Shown: positions 27,696 to 38,158, counted from the stretch's first letter. The stretch is 64,000 nucleotides of DNA from a virus (IMGVR_UViG_3300028591_000095:64001-128000), one strand, 5' to 3'. Notes: generated by a model not told the origin, from the sequence alone. Made by a program: numbers and translations.

Positions 27696-28724
27696 ATGAA
27701 CAATAAAATGCTTATTGTACATCACACTGATGCAGATGGTCATTGTGCTGCAGCGTTGGTCAAGTATGAACTTGCGGGACCGAACGTCATCAATTACTAT
27801 GCATACAACTATGCAGGAGAAATCAAATGTGATGTTGATAGCGGTACAACAGTTTATCTTGTTGACATCAGTATGAGTAATGATGTAGAAACATTCATCA
27901 AGTCGTGTCTTGATAATCAGTGCAAGATTATCCACATCGATCATCACAAGACCAGTGTTGATTACTACAACGAGAACAAGGTTGATGATCCTAAATGGGT
28001 TTATTTTGTACATGATGAGAATGATGAAAGAAATGGTGCTATCAGTGGATGCTTACTCACATTTATCTACTCATGTATGAATAGTGATAAGAGACAACAT
28101 CCAATGGATGCTGATTTCGATCTCACTGAACTCAGAGACCATCTCATCTTTGATGGTAATACTGATATGGAATATCGCGTTCCTTATCTTGTAAGACTCA
28201 TCGATGATCATGATGTCTGGAGACATAAGATGAAGGAAACTAAACCTTTCGCTTATGCTTACAAGAGAATGCCAAAGGAAATCACAATACCTGAGAATGA
28301 AGACTTCTGGGAAGCTATCTATAATGATAATCACAGAGTTATATTTGCAGCAATTCAATCAGGTGAACGCTATGTACAGGATGAAGAAGAATCTAATGCA
28401 ATACTCAGAGAGACGGGTGGATTCGAAACCGACATCTTCGGAAACAACTGTTACTGTCTGAATAACCTCAAAGCTGGATCTGATCAGTTTGGTGATGAAT
28501 ATGCTGATCATGATATGGTTTGTCGTTTTGCATATACTGGAAAAGGTTGGAGCTACTCACTGTACAGCAGTAAAGAAAATGTAGACTGTTCTGAGATTGC
28601 TAAACAGTACGACGGCGGTGGACATCGTGGAGCTGCAGGTTTCAAACTCGACTATTGTATATTCGGTGGTCAACCTCCAAAGAAATCACTGTGGCAAAAG
28701 ATCAAAGAGTTCTTTATGCATTAA
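27696..28724 (+). CDS. DHH/DHHA1 family phosphoesterase
   Basis: HHTDADG, VDIS, IDHHKT, GGGHRGAAGF. Confidence 0.9.
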   Translation: MNNKMLIVHHTDADGHCAAALVKYELAGPNVINYYAYNYAGEIKCDVDSGTTVYLVDISMSNDVETFIKSCLDNQCKIIHIDHHKTSVDYYNENKVDDPKWVYFVHDENDERNGAISGCLLTFIYSCMNSDKRQHPMDADFDLTELRDHLIFDGNTDMEYRVPYLVRLIDDHDVWRHKMKETKPFAYAYKRMPKEITIPENEDFWEAIYNDNHRVIFAAIQSGERYVQDEEESNAILRETGGFETDIFGNNCYCLNNLKAGSDQFGDEYADHDMVCRFAYTGKGWSYSLYSSKENVDCSEIAKQYDGGGHRGAAGFKLDYCIFGGQPPKKSLWQKIKEFFMH

Positions 28725-28729
28725 AAGTA

Positions 28730-28751
28730 ATCCCCCGGGAGACCGGGGGAT
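28730..28751. terminator. bidirectional terminator
   Basis: ATCCCCCGG-GAGA-CCGGGGGAT between convergent genes. Confidence 0.75.
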
Positions 28752-28755
28752 ATCT

Positions 28756-30696
28756 TTAAATCTTTACTATGGTTTCCAGTGGAGTCTCACGTTGTTTACG
28801 ATTGTTCAATGTTGAACACAATCCCTTCTTAACAGAGTTGGATACATCCTGGAACAGTAATCCTGATAAGAAGTTTGATGTTTGAACCAATGTTCGGAAA
28901 TTATCTTTTTTGTACGAGAGTTGGTTAACTGATGGATCTTTACCATACACCTTGGCAAATGTATCGAAGTCTTCTGTACGACATGTACGACGAACCAACA
29001 TCTCATAGATGATTGATGGTGACTCGAGATCTATCTTATTCATAGCCAGACAGTTGAAGAGCATCTGTACAAGTAATGAATAAGGAATCTGAGCTACCTT
29101 TGAATACAAGAATATCTGATTGATGAAGTATTCAACATTTACAATGTTCTGACGAATTGCAAGCTTTGTAACAGCTGAGTCAGGTTCATATGTTATAATA
29201 GTATAGTCACTGTCTTCTTGTGGTTCAGCATACAAATTAAACGTCAACAATGATGGAATTGTAATCAAGGTTGTTGCAATCTCTTTATCATTCTTATCAT
29301 AGAACTTTGCAGGTACAACACCAAGACATGCAATGTATGTGGGTTCACGCTCGAATCCTACGAGATCCACATCTCCTTCAGTTTCATCTTTGATACGTGG
29401 GATGAATATTCTCATCTTTTCTTTATTGAACAGGTATCCATCTTTGATATAAACCTTATCTGTATCTGAAAGCATTGTCTTCTCAACCTTCATAGCACCA
29501 GCAGATTGAGAAAGATTGTGTTTTGATTTCAGCTTGATATTCAGGATTCTATCTGTAAACTGTGTACACAACAAACCGATTCGTGTAACACCGAATTGAT
29601 AGAACAATGGACCAGCACACTTAGCACAAATAAGATCATGTGTACAACATGCTGGTGAGCAGAGTTTAACTGTTTTACCCATATATGATCCAATGTTCTT
29701 ACTTGTCAATGTGACAATCTTTGAACCATCAACAATGTTGCGTTCCAATACATATGGAGCTGTTATATCATCGATTGTGAGTGGGATTGTTGCTTTAGTA
29801 CCACAGTCTGATTTAGGATTCGGATCAAGTTCTTCAGACTGAAGTAATGCCATCATCTTTTTTGACATGTAACCTGCATCAGCTGTACCAACGGCTGATG
29901 GATATGCACCAGCAACAATTGAGTTTGCGAACGCTGGGATACCTGTACGATCAATACCATCCATCATGGAGTTCTTTACAACATCATATCTCTGAGTGAT
30001 ATCATTGAATACAGCACCACGCATAACGTTGATTGTTTTGTAGTTATTATCCAAATCATATACGCCGGAGTTGAATAGATCATTTACTTCTCCAGCAGTC
30101 TTAAGATTCTCTCTAACGAGTTTCATGAGATCAGCTTCAATTGCATTGGATCTCATAACCTGTTGAATAGGATCGTTTGAATTGAGTTCGTTTGCGTATT
30201 GTCTGAACAACTCTTCTTTACGTTTGTTAACGTTCTCCATAGGTCTGAGTAATGATCCGGATACTGCAGTTCCTAAGAAACAACAAACCCATGCTGCAAG
30301 TCTATCACGAGAATCGATTACGTTAGCTTGATCAGTTGTTGTAATCTGGTCAGTAACAACTAACTCTGCGATCATTCTCTCAAACTTACCAGTTCCTTTT
30401 TTACCAAGAGGAATATTCCAATACTTTGTTACTTGAATAACATGAGACCCTTCAAGAACATAACGGTTGAACAACAACATACCGAGTGAAGTTTCAGTTG
30501 GACCAATTACATATGGATATTCTTCTGGAGTTAACATTATATGAGCATTGCAATCGAAGTTTGCATATTTGAAAGTATTTGATTCACGATCATGATATGA
30601 TGCGAACATGTCTTCGATGAATGCTTTGGTGATTTGTTCAACTGGGGTTGACAATAATTTCTGTTTACCCAGTTTGGTATTCTGAGCATCAGCCAT
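28756..30696 (-). CDS. RNA polymerase beta' subunit C-terminal half (split, probably virion RNAP)
   Basis: Bridge helix AVGTADAGYMSKK, DCGT, CSPACC..LICAKCAG zinc site, trigger-loop IGLLCTQFTDRILNIKLKSKH; late promoter at 30724-30736. Confidence 0.85.
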   Translation of the reverse strand: MADAQNTKLGKQKLLSTPVEQITKAFIEDMFASYHDRESNTFKYANFDCNAHIMLTPEEYPYVIGPTETSLGMLLFNRYVLEGSHVIQVTKYWNIPLGKKGTGKFERMIAELVVTDQITTTDQANVIDSRDRLAAWVCCFLGTAVSGSLLRPMENVNKRKEELFRQYANELNSNDPIQQVMRSNAIEADLMKLVRENLKTAGEVNDLFNSGVYDLDNNYKTINVMRGAVFNDITQRYDVVKNSMMDGIDRTGIPAFANSIVAGAYPSAVGTADAGYMSKKMMALLQSEELDPNPKSDCGTKATIPLTIDDITAPYVLERNIVDGSKIVTLTSKNIGSYMGKTVKLCSPACCTHDLICAKCAGPLFYQFGVTRIGLLCTQFTDRILNIKLKSKHNLSQSAGAMKVEKTMLSDTDKVYIKDGYLFNKEKMRIFIPRIKDETEGDVDLVGFEREPTYIACLGVVPAKFYDKNDKEIATTLITIPSLLTFNLYAEPQEDSDYTIITYEPDSAVTKLAIRQNIVNVEYFINQIFLYSKVAQIPYSLLVQMLFNCLAMNKIDLESPSIIYEMLVRRTCRTEDFDTFAKVYGKDPSVNQLSYKKDNFRTLVQTSNFLSGLLFQDVSNSVKKGLCSTLNNRKQRETPLETIVKI

Positions 30697-30723
30697 AACT
30701 ACCATCCTTTCTTAACATAAAGA

Positions 30724-30736
30724 TTATCGATTGGTT
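30724..30736 (-). promoter_or_regulatory. putative late promoter
   Basis: AACC-AATCGA-TAA on the minus strand. Confidence 0.6.
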
Positions 30737-30758
30737 GGTTCTAGAATTTTATAATTCG

Positions 30759-30778
30759 ATATTTATATCATTTAAATG
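30759..30778 (+). promoter_or_regulatory. putative early promoter
   Basis: ATATTTATATCATT-TAA-ATG. Confidence 0.7.
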
Positions 30779-30828
30779 GAATAGAGAACAAGGTACTCGT
30801 TCCAATATATTTATAAGGAGGAATCTAA

Positions 30829-32061
30829 ATGGGATATAATAAATTCTTATTCCCGATGATGATGTTACTGAGAAAGGCTAAACCCGATGAATCTATTATC
30901 AATGAATTGATAAAGAAACGTGTTTGGTACTCTCTGGACATCTCAACAATCTATCATGACATAACCCCAGTGCTTTCAGTCATAACACCTAACACGGCTC
31001 CAAAGTCTGTATATGTGGATGAAGAAACAGAAGATGAACTGTTTGCAATGTATCATACACCTTATGGACGTTCATCAGCAAATATCGTGTTTTATAAAAA
31101 CACACCTATTCTCGTAGTAAAGACACATAATGACAAACAGAGTATGTCTGACTATAGTCTCGTAACCTTCAACAATAAGCATTGTAGACTTGCGGTTATG
31201 GAGTTTGTCAAAAAGTGTTACAAAATGAGACATAAATATGCAGTAAGACCATTCGTTGGTCAGATCAATATTGTTGATTACGGTGGACGCAATGGACAAT
31301 ACTTCAACTGCGACAAGAAGACATTTGCTGACGTATTCTTACCGGATGAACAGCAGAATGCCATCGTAAATGGTATCAATGATTTCATTAATAAAATACC
31401 GTGGATGGAAGAAAATCGAATTCCTACTCATTACGGAATACTTCTGTATGGAACACCAGGCTGTGGAAGAACATCTATCATCAAGGCTATAATTAATAAC
31501 TGGAATATCAGACCACATTATATTCAGACTCTTGAAGATCTTCCTGAGTTAGTAATGTCACATCTTCCAAAAAGAAAATCACCAACTGATGAAATCCATA
31601 TGGTAATTTGTGAGGATATTGACTGCACTCTGTTCAATCGTCAGAAAGGATTCGAAGACTCAGACGATGAGCCAAAAGAAATATTCTCAACCGGTGATAT
31701 GTCTGCTCATCCAAGACATAGAGAAAGAAAGAAATCATTGTCTCAGGTTCTTAATAGTATTGATGGTCTGGTTGCGCCTCACAATACGATCTTCATATTT
31801 ACAACCAACCATATCGAGGAACTTGACCCAGCTCTTATCAGACCAGGTCGTATGGATCTCCATCTGGAGATAAAACCTGTCTGTGAAGAAACATTAAATA
31901 AATTCTGTCTCAAATTCTTCGGTAAAGGAATTCCAAAAGACTTCAAATGCAAAGAGGGAATTCTGTTCTCTCAGTTACAAACAATCATAATGGGTAATGG
32001 TACCTATGATGATATATTAAATTATACAAAGAAAGAGGAGGAACTGAGTTATGAAGAATAA
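30829..32061 (+). CDS. AAA+ ATPase (BCS1-like)
   Basis: GILLYGTPGCGRTS, VICEDID, LSQVLNSIDG, TTNHIEELDPALIRPGRMD. Confidence 0.85.
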   Translation: MGYNKFLFPMMMLLRKAKPDESIINELIKKRVWYSLDISTIYHDITPVLSVITPNTAPKSVYVDEETEDELFAMYHTPYGRSSANIVFYKNTPILVVKTHNDKQSMSDYSLVTFNNKHCRLAVMEFVKKCYKMRHKYAVRPFVGQINIVDYGGRNGQYFNCDKKTFADVFLPDEQQNAIVNGINDFINKIPWMEENRIPTHYGILLYGTPGCGRTSIIKAIINNWNIRPHYIQTLEDLPELVMSHLPKRKSPTDEIHMVICEDIDCTLFNRQKGFEDSDDEPKEIFSTGDMSAHPRHRERKKSLSQVLNSIDGLVAPHNTIFIFTTNHIEELDPALIRPGRMDLHLEIKPVCEETLNKFCLKFFGKGIPKDFKCKEGILFSQLQTIIMGNGTYDDILNYTKKEEELSYEE

Positions 32062-32287
32062 CAAGTTCAAAACAGTCGTTATGACTGTATCAATCATTGG
32101 AGCTATCGCATCAGTTGCAAGACTGATAATCGAGCTCATCAACATCAAGTCCAAGAAGACAGACGAAGTTCTTGACTGCAACTGCTGCGGTTGTAATGGA
32201 ATCGATTATGATGACTTCGTAGTTCCTCAGGACATGTACGACCAGGCAGACGAGGATGATTTCACGGAGGGTTCAGAAGATGAATGA
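32051..32287 (+). CDS. small membrane-anchored hypothetical protein
   Basis: N-terminal hydrophobic helix, CNCCGC, acidic tail; GAGGAGG RBS. Confidence 0.7.
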   Translation: MKNNKFKTVVMTVSIIGAIASVARLIIELINIKSKKTDEVLDCNCCGCNGIDYDDFVVPQDMYDQADEDDFTEGSEDE

Positions 32288-32999
32288 GAATCTGATAAAT
32301 GATTTCCTTGAGAGATCCAATGACGTTAAAGACATCGATGAGGATGCTATTAAGGATACTACAGTCCAGATACTGATACCTTCAAGCGGTGTAGCAAAGG
32401 TTGACATGTCATCACTGTGGACATACGACAATGCTACCAGACAGGACATTGTTAACGATTACTTCACAAACGTCAATATTATTAACCATATGATACTTGA
32501 TCTTTGCAACGCAGTCGAGAATAAGGATGAAATAGTTGCTAATGTAATGGAAGCTATTACAGAGCATGCTAAACAGCTTGAACTCCATTACAGTTGGTCT
32601 AATCTTAGTCCTGATGCTGAAGCAATCATGATTTGTCTGGATGTAAAAGCATTCCTCGAAGGATGCATTCAGTTCATCGCTGATACATTTGATATCATAC
32701 CTGAAAAGGAGAATATCATAATGGATCCAGAGACTGAGAATCCTTTCAATGAGGAAGAAACATCTGACGAGCCTACAGCAATCGACGACAACTTTATGCA
32801 GGACATCTTTAATCAGAATTCAATCGAAGGTCTTTACGGAGTTGCAGCAAAGTATGCAGCTGAGGAAGAAGAATCCGACGATGAAGATAACTCTGATGAA
32901 AACTTCGCTAACATGTTAGCAGCTGAACTTTCAGGAGCTACTGAAGGTGAAGAGTTCACAGAGAATGAATTATATGGAGGTAATACAAATGAAACCTGA
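32280..32999 (+). CDS. acidic hypothetical protein
   Basis: Overlapping operon gene, D/E-rich. Confidence 0.75.
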   Translation: MNENLINDFLERSNDVKDIDEDAIKDTTVQILIPSSGVAKVDMSSLWTYDNATRQDIVNDYFTNVNIINHMILDLCNAVENKDEIVANVMEAITEHAKQLELHYSWSNLSPDAEAIMICLDVKAFLEGCIQFIADTFDIIPEKENIIMDPETENPFNEEETSDEPTAIDDNFMQDIFNQNSIEGLYGVAAKYAAEEEESDDEDNSDENFANMLAAELSGATEGEEFTENELYGGNTNET

Positions 33000-33414
33000 T
33001 GAAATTAACATGGATGCAAATCCCGAGACATCTGTTGAGGAACTCAAAGAACCCATCGTGGTTCTCCCAAGCGGTAGATGTATGCAGATCAACAAGGACA
33101 TGATACTCAAGAATGATCAGTTGGCTCAGAATGTTGAGAACTGTAAGAGAGCTATCAACGAGTACACAAACGTAATCGGCAGAATCAGCAGTCTGACTGA
33201 TGAAGAGATTGACAACGTTCTCGATAAGCTTACAAGTGAGCTCACATCCGCAGGTCTCTTCAAGATCACTGAGTACATCAACCACTCAAAGTCTGAGATG
33301 ATAGTCCTCATGGCTTCAGCAATCATCTCATTCTTCAGCACTATCCTCTACGTTACAGCTGCAGACAGTCTGAATACAGAGGTTGAGTCTGAACCTAACA
33401 CAGTAACCGAATAA
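32989..33414 (+). CDS. hypothetical protein
   Basis: GGAGG RBS; ends before a terminator. Confidence 0.75.
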   Translation: MKPDEINMDANPETSVEELKEPIVVLPSGRCMQINKDMILKNDQLAQNVENCKRAINEYTNVIGRISSLTDEEIDNVLDKLTSELTSAGLFKITEYINHSKSEMIVLMASAIISFFSTILYVTAADSLNTEVESEPNTVTE

Positions 33415-33420
33415 GACTAA

Positions 33421-33441
33421 TGGCGGGGATTAACCCCGCCA
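33421..33441 (+). terminator. hairpin terminator
   Basis: TGGCGGGG-ATTAA-CCCCGCCA. Confidence 0.7.
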
Positions 33442-33460
33442 ACATTTTATATCGAAAGGA

Positions 33461-34216
33461 ATGATTACGATGAAAGTATCATTAATAGCAAACACACCAC
33501 ATCCTGAAGAAGTTATCACCCTGGCAGCAAAGATGTGCTACTCAAACAAAACCATTGATGAAATGAGTATTGAAGAATATGAAGATTTCATCAAACGTCT
33601 GATGGAACTCGGACATGAAAGTCCTATAGAACATGTAACATTCACATTTGGAATCGAAGGTATCAGTCGTAGCGCCAGCCATCAGTTGGTGCGTCATAGA
33701 ATCGCATCATACTCTCAGAAGAGTCAGCGTTATGTTAAGGAAGACCAGTTCGACTATGTGGTTCCACCTACAATCGAAGGTAGTTGTGCTGAAGACAGAT
33801 TCAAAAAGTTAATGGGATACATTCAAGCTGAATATAATTCCATTAGAAATGATATCATTGCTGAACTTGAAGAGCAAGGTGTTGATAAGAAGTCTGCTGA
33901 GAAGATTGCTAATGAAGATGCTCGTTACGTTCTTCCAAATGCATGTCAGACTTCATTAATTGTTACTATGAATGCAAGAAGTCTCTTTAACTTCTTCAAA
34001 CTCCGTTGCTGTAACAGAGCTCAGTGGGAGATAAGAGAATTAGCAAATGAGATGTACAGAATCTGCTATATGGTAGCACCGACGTTATTTATGTATGCTG
34101 GACCAGGTTGTGTAGTGAACGGTCGATGTTCAGAAGGCAAAATGTCGTGTGGACTTTCTGCTCAGAAGATTCGCGAATTCGATGTACTCAGAAAGCGTTG
34201 TGATTTCAATGCCTAA
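33461..34216 (+). CDS. thyX: FAD-dependent thymidylate synthase
   Basis: GHESPIEH, SRSASHQLVRHRIASYSQKSQRYV (ThyX signature), EDARYVLPNA, RAQWEIR. Confidence 0.95.
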   Translation: MITMKVSLIANTPHPEEVITLAAKMCYSNKTIDEMSIEEYEDFIKRLMELGHESPIEHVTFTFGIEGISRSASHQLVRHRIASYSQKSQRYVKEDQFDYVVPPTIEGSCAEDRFKKLMGYIQAEYNSIRNDIIAELEEQGVDKKSAEKIANEDARYVLPNACQTSLIVTMNARSLFNFFKLRCCNRAQWEIRELANEMYRICYMVAPTLFMYAGPGCVVNGRCSEGKMSCGLSAQKIREFDVLRKRCDFNA

Positions 34217-34442
34217 CTTCATGAGCGTGTTTGCTTGCTATGCACACATAAACGCTTTACCACGAAAGAAATTCTCCAATGATTTTAAATATCTACAGGA
34301 GAATGGAGCTAGTATTACTTTCATTTCAATACCAATAATACCACTTGCATTTGGTGATGATGGTGTATGGAGATCGCCAGAAGAAGTTAGAAAACCAGCG
34401 GCGATGTACATATCGAATTGTGAAGGAGATTTTAAAAACTGA
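34209..34442 (+). CDS. small hypothetical protein
   Basis: Overlaps the thyX stop; fills the operon. Confidence 0.55.
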   Translation: MPNFMSVFACYAHINALPRKKFSNDFKYLQENGASITFISIPIIPLAFGDDGVWRSPEEVRKPAAMYISNCEGDFKN

Positions 34443-34453
34443 AAGGAGTTACT

Positions 34454-34906
34454 ATGGACAACAAAACAAGTTTTTCAATGAAAATGTTTGATTTAAATTG
34501 TATGAACATTATAAAGGACAATGTAGGATATCCTTTTAATATGGAACATACATTAGTCAATTCAGTTGTGTGGATGACATCATTATCCATCCCTCAAATA
34601 TGTGGTGCATTCCATGTATTAAACAAACGAGCTGAATTTGATAAAGACTGGAAGAAATATCTATTACTCTACTCATACGATCATTCAGCACTTGTTCGTG
34701 AAGCTACAGTGATTGAAGACCATGTCTTGAGTGACGCTTGTGAATACATAGATAACATAAGTAAAGGAATCTATCCATACCCAACTTATAACTTTGATTG
34801 GATGAAGTTTGGATTCCACCTTCGTGACAATGGATTCATTCTTAAGAATAAAGAATCCGATTGTGACATCAGACGTTTACATTGTTCAAGAAAGGGTGCC
34901 CGTTAA
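34454..34906 (+). CDS. hypothetical protein
   Basis: AAGGAG RBS, 150 aa. Confidence 0.7.
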   Translation: MDNKTSFSMKMFDLNCMNIIKDNVGYPFNMEHTLVNSVVWMTSLSIPQICGAFHVLNKRAEFDKDWKKYLLLYSYDHSALVREATVIEDHVLSDACEYIDNISKGIYPYPTYNFDWMKFGFHLRDNGFILKNKESDCDIRRLHCSRKGAR

Positions 34907-34914
34907 CGGGCACC
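34895..34914 (+). terminator. hairpin terminator
   Basis: GGTGCCCGTTAACGGGCACC overlapping the stop codon. Confidence 0.65.
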
Positions 34915-34931
34915 TATAATTTATATATTTT

Positions 34932-34951
34932 ATATTTATATAATTACAGTG
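34932..34951 (+). promoter_or_regulatory. putative early promoter
   Basis: ATATTTATATAATT-ACA-GTG. Confidence 0.6.
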
Positions 34952-35015
34952 TAACACATATAGACGGGAAACTGTCGTGTTATTAATAAAATTTATTATG
35001 AAAGGAGTAATTGTC

Positions 35016-36008
35016 ATGTACGATTACGAAGAAAATGCACTGTTACAGCGCATCGATTTTCTCAAAGCAGAGAACGAAAGACTTAGAAAGGAGATGGGTG
35101 AATTTGGATTCTTCGGAAGTGAGTATTCAGCACCATGGGTGGTGGATGTAAAGAACACACTCAAGAATCAGCTTACTGTTGCAGACTATGATCTTCTCAG
35201 CAAGATAAACATCGCTTATGAACCTGCTAAGATGCATAGATGTATCAAGCTTCTCAACTGGATGCTCGTAACAGGAGTATTCAACAGAGCGCAGGGTCCT
35301 TACAGACCAGCAGGTGGTTATAAAGGCGTCTCAGCGATGGCACCCGAAATTCCTCCAGTTCCTGGTCCTGATGAGTACACATATGATGTTCCTGGCTTCA
35401 GACCTGTAACTGATCCTATCACAGCTAAGAACACTGAAACAATGCCTAACTGGTTTGATATCCCCGGTTCCGGACCTATTGCATATGGAGCGAATAAAGG
35501 TGATTTCAAGAATCTGTTTTCTAAGAAGTACCAGTACAACGGAGAAGTTCTCTCAATCGATTTCCCTGCTAAGATGGCTGACAAGCTCCACGAGGAGTTC
35601 AAGGGAATGGAAGAATATATAGACAACTCCATCATCATAACAAAGGGATTCCACGGATATGATTCTGTAACAGTGACACTCTGTCTGAATGAGCTCAAGG
35701 ATAGAGAGAAGATCAACCAGATCATCGATCAGAATATCGACCTGCTTATCCGTTTCATTACAGACGAGACTGTAGGATCTGAAGAGAAACCTGTTGATAC
35801 TGAGATTGATGCTAAGTTCAGTGAGAAAGCTTTCGACATTTATGAAAGTGATATGGCTCCTTTAGGAGATCCTTTCAGAGGTCCTTTCACTACTGACGGA
35901 AAGGGATTCTTCGGACCTGCTGCAAAGTACAATGACCCACCGAAGAACGAGGAAGTTGAGACAACAGAGGAGACAAAGGCTGACGATGAGACTAACTGCG
36001 GAGATTAA
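35016..36008 (+). CDS. hypothetical early protein
   Basis: AAGGAG RBS; about 330 aa, P/G-rich middle. Confidence 0.8.
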   Translation: MYDYEENALLQRIDFLKAENERLRKEMGEFGFFGSEYSAPWVVDVKNTLKNQLTVADYDLLSKINIAYEPAKMHRCIKLLNWMLVTGVFNRAQGPYRPAGGYKGVSAMAPEIPPVPGPDEYTYDVPGFRPVTDPITAKNTETMPNWFDIPGSGPIAYGANKGDFKNLFSKKYQYNGEVLSIDFPAKMADKLHEEFKGMEEYIDNSIIITKGFHGYDSVTVTLCLNELKDREKINQIIDQNIDLLIRFITDETVGSEEKPVDTEIDAKFSEKAFDIYESDMAPLGDPFRGPFTTDGKGFFGPAAKYNDPPKNEEVETTEETKADDETNCGD

Positions 36009-36324
36009 TAAACTCCTCAGATTCCTCAACATCTATTCAGCTGATGAAATCCGTGAGATCCACCTTGTAGAGTTCGAGCGAACAGTTCGAACTCTTCAGG
36101 GTTCTCATACTGAACATGCTGTGGGGTGGCGAATTGTCACCCCTGATGCATGTATACTTGATGTTGAGAAGAGTCCTACAGGATGTTTTAAATTTGAAGG
36201 AGATAGAAACAACGTCGAATATATTATAAGATATCTTCTTTCACACTACTATAGTACCAGTGCTATAGCTAGCATACTTGGTATAGCCGAAAAAGATGTT
36301 TTAGGAGGTAATAACAATGGCTGA
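35986..36324 (+). CDS. hypothetical protein
   Basis: Overlaps both neighbours in an operon. Confidence 0.65.
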   Translation: MRLTAEINKLLRFLNIYSADEIREIHLVEFERTVRTLQGSHTEHAVGWRIVTPDACILDVEKSPTGCFKFEGDRNNVEYIIRYLLSHYYSTSAIASILGIAEKDVLGGNNNG

Positions 36325-37075
36325 TGAAAATTACATTAAGATGGATGGCGAAGTAGACTCATTCGAAGGAGGAGCTACACGCTATTCGAAGAAGGGTAAA
36401 GGTCGATATGATCTCATTCCTCACACAATTTCTCTCATAGAAGAAGAACTCGATTTAATTTTTCCGAGACTTGACAAAGGTGAGTATTTTGCATCACTCG
36501 GGAATCTTAAACAGGCCGAGTATTCTAATACACCCGATAGATGGCTCTACACTCTCATCGAGTTCATCGCTTTAAGATATACGCCAGGTATCATCAAACA
36601 TGAAAACGGTTTCACTGTAAAGATTGTAACACGTGATGCATTTGATTGGGGTATCAACGCTCTTGAGAGAGACCTTGCACATCACTATGAGTATGGCGCT
36701 GAACGTTATGGGGTTGATAACTGGAAGAACGGAATTCCAGTTACTGGTGGTGACAGAGGTGGTTCATTCACCGACAGTGGTATGCGTCACCTGAATCAGT
36801 GGTTTGATATCACATTCAAACGTCCTGTATGGGATGAAGATGGTATTCCCGTAACACCTGTAATTGCTGAATGTGATCCGGAAGGAAATCTTGTTCCACC
36901 TGAAAAGCATGATGTTGCATTCGCATGGAACTTCTTCAATGCAGTATGGGTACTCTCAGAAGAGAAAGCTGTTGAGGATGCTCCAATAATCGAGAAGGAA
37001 CTTGAGGAACGCTATCATAGAATTAAACCCATCAATGAAGAGATGCATGATTTCGATGACAGCATATCAGATTAA
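36317..37075 (+). CDS. dATP/dGTP diphosphohydrolase-like protein (DUF5664 family)
   Basis: FEGGATR...GKGRYDLIP, HYEYGAERYGVDNWKNGIP, SFTDSGMRHL, HDVAFAWN. Confidence 0.8.
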   Translation: MADENYIKMDGEVDSFEGGATRYSKKGKGRYDLIPHTISLIEEELDLIFPRLDKGEYFASLGNLKQAEYSNTPDRWLYTLIEFIALRYTPGIIKHENGFTVKIVTRDAFDWGINALERDLAHHYEYGAERYGVDNWKNGIPVTGGDRGGSFTDSGMRHLNQWFDITFKRPVWDEDGIPVTPVIAECDPEGNLVPPEKHDVAFAWNFFNAVWVLSEEKAVEDAPIIEKELEERYHRIKPINEEMHDFDDSISD

Positions 37076-37089
37076 AGTGGTGAATTTAA

Positions 37090-37545
37090 ATGGATAAAAG
37101 AAAAATTGCTAAAATAACAAAAATAATGTTAGGACAATTATACAAACTCGATTTATCTGATGAAGACAGTATAAATTTTATGAAGATAATAGCAGGACTA
37201 ATGCTTGCAGCACTCAATCCAATGAATGAAAACGACTTTGGAGAATTCTGGAATGAGTCTGTAGATGAATATAGAGAAATGATCGGTGATATAGATAATG
37301 AGTCAGTTCAAGTGGTTAATGGACTCGTATTAATGTTGCAGATGCATGATGATGAATTTCAGGATGGACAGTATACAGCTTTGGTTGCTAAATACAGAAG
37401 ATTCTTAAAGGAGTTCATTAAATTTTGTATTGACGATGTTACGGATGACGAACTTGAAGCTGAACTTTTGAATGCTAATTCATCTATCATGATTGATGAT
37501 ATGCTTAATGCTATGAGAAATCAGAATGATGAAGACAAAGATTAA
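37090..37545 (+). CDS. acidic hypothetical protein
   Basis: 151-aa ORF ending at a terminator. Confidence 0.7.
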   Translation: MDKRKIAKITKIMLGQLYKLDLSDEDSINFMKIIAGLMLAALNPMNENDFGEFWNESVDEYREMIGDIDNESVQVVNGLVLMLQMHDDEFQDGQYTALVAKYRRFLKEFIKFCIDDVTDDELEAELLNANSSIMIDDMLNAMRNQNDEDKD

Positions 37546-37548
37546 TTT

Positions 37549-37577
37549 AATACACCCGGGTTAAACCCGGGTGTATT
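37549..37577. terminator. bidirectional terminator
   Basis: AATACACCCGGG-TTAAA-CCCGGGTGTATT then TTTT. Confidence 0.8.
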
Positions 37578-37582
37578 TTTTC

Positions 37583-38158
37583 TTATTCTCCGTCAGTAGC
37601 TTCAAACAGTTTTACATCGTATTCTTTATCATTGATTACGATGCGACCGAATCCAACAGCAGCACTACCACTGTCATCTTCTTCAGCAGGTTTACTCGGT
37701 GTCTCAGGTTCTGGATCTGGTGTAGGATTATTTCCAGGTCTATAACCATCATCATATATTCCAAGTGCATTCGGAATACCACTGATAGCACATACATCGA
37801 GGAAACATCCAGCTGAGAAACGTGGTCTTACACAGTAATGACAATGTGAACCAAAGCTGTATCCTGTATCGCCTTCAACTCCTATTACATCTGTACACTT
37901 TACTTTTGCACCTGTTGTGGTAAGGAGTTTAGACATATGACCGTAGTAATAGTAATTACCATCGGGACCGAGGATACATACGAATTGACCAAATCCCTGT
38001 TTGTGATTAGCTTCGTTTTCCCATCCAGCATAGATAACTTTACCAGTTACAGTTGCATGGATATTCTTGGAATCAATACCTACAAGATCAAGACCATCAT
38101 GTGCTGAGCCTTTGAACTGTTGGGTTACTTGAAACCGACCTTCATATGGACTGTTCAT
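37583..38158 (-). CDS. M23 family peptidase (endolysin)
   Basis: HDGLD (HxxxD), YYYGHM, GDTGYSFGSHCHY (HxH); late promoter AACT-CATCGG-TAA at 38183-38195. Confidence 0.85.
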   Translation of the reverse strand: MNSPYEGRFQVTQQFKGSAHDGLDLVGIDSKNIHATVTGKVIYAGWENEANHKQGFGQFVCILGPDGNYYYYGHMSKLLTTTGAKVKCTDVIGVEGDTGYSFGSHCHYCVRPRFSAGCFLDVCAISGIPNALGIYDDGYRPGNNPTPDPEPETPSKPAEEDDSGSAAVGFGRIVINDKEYDVKLFEATDGE

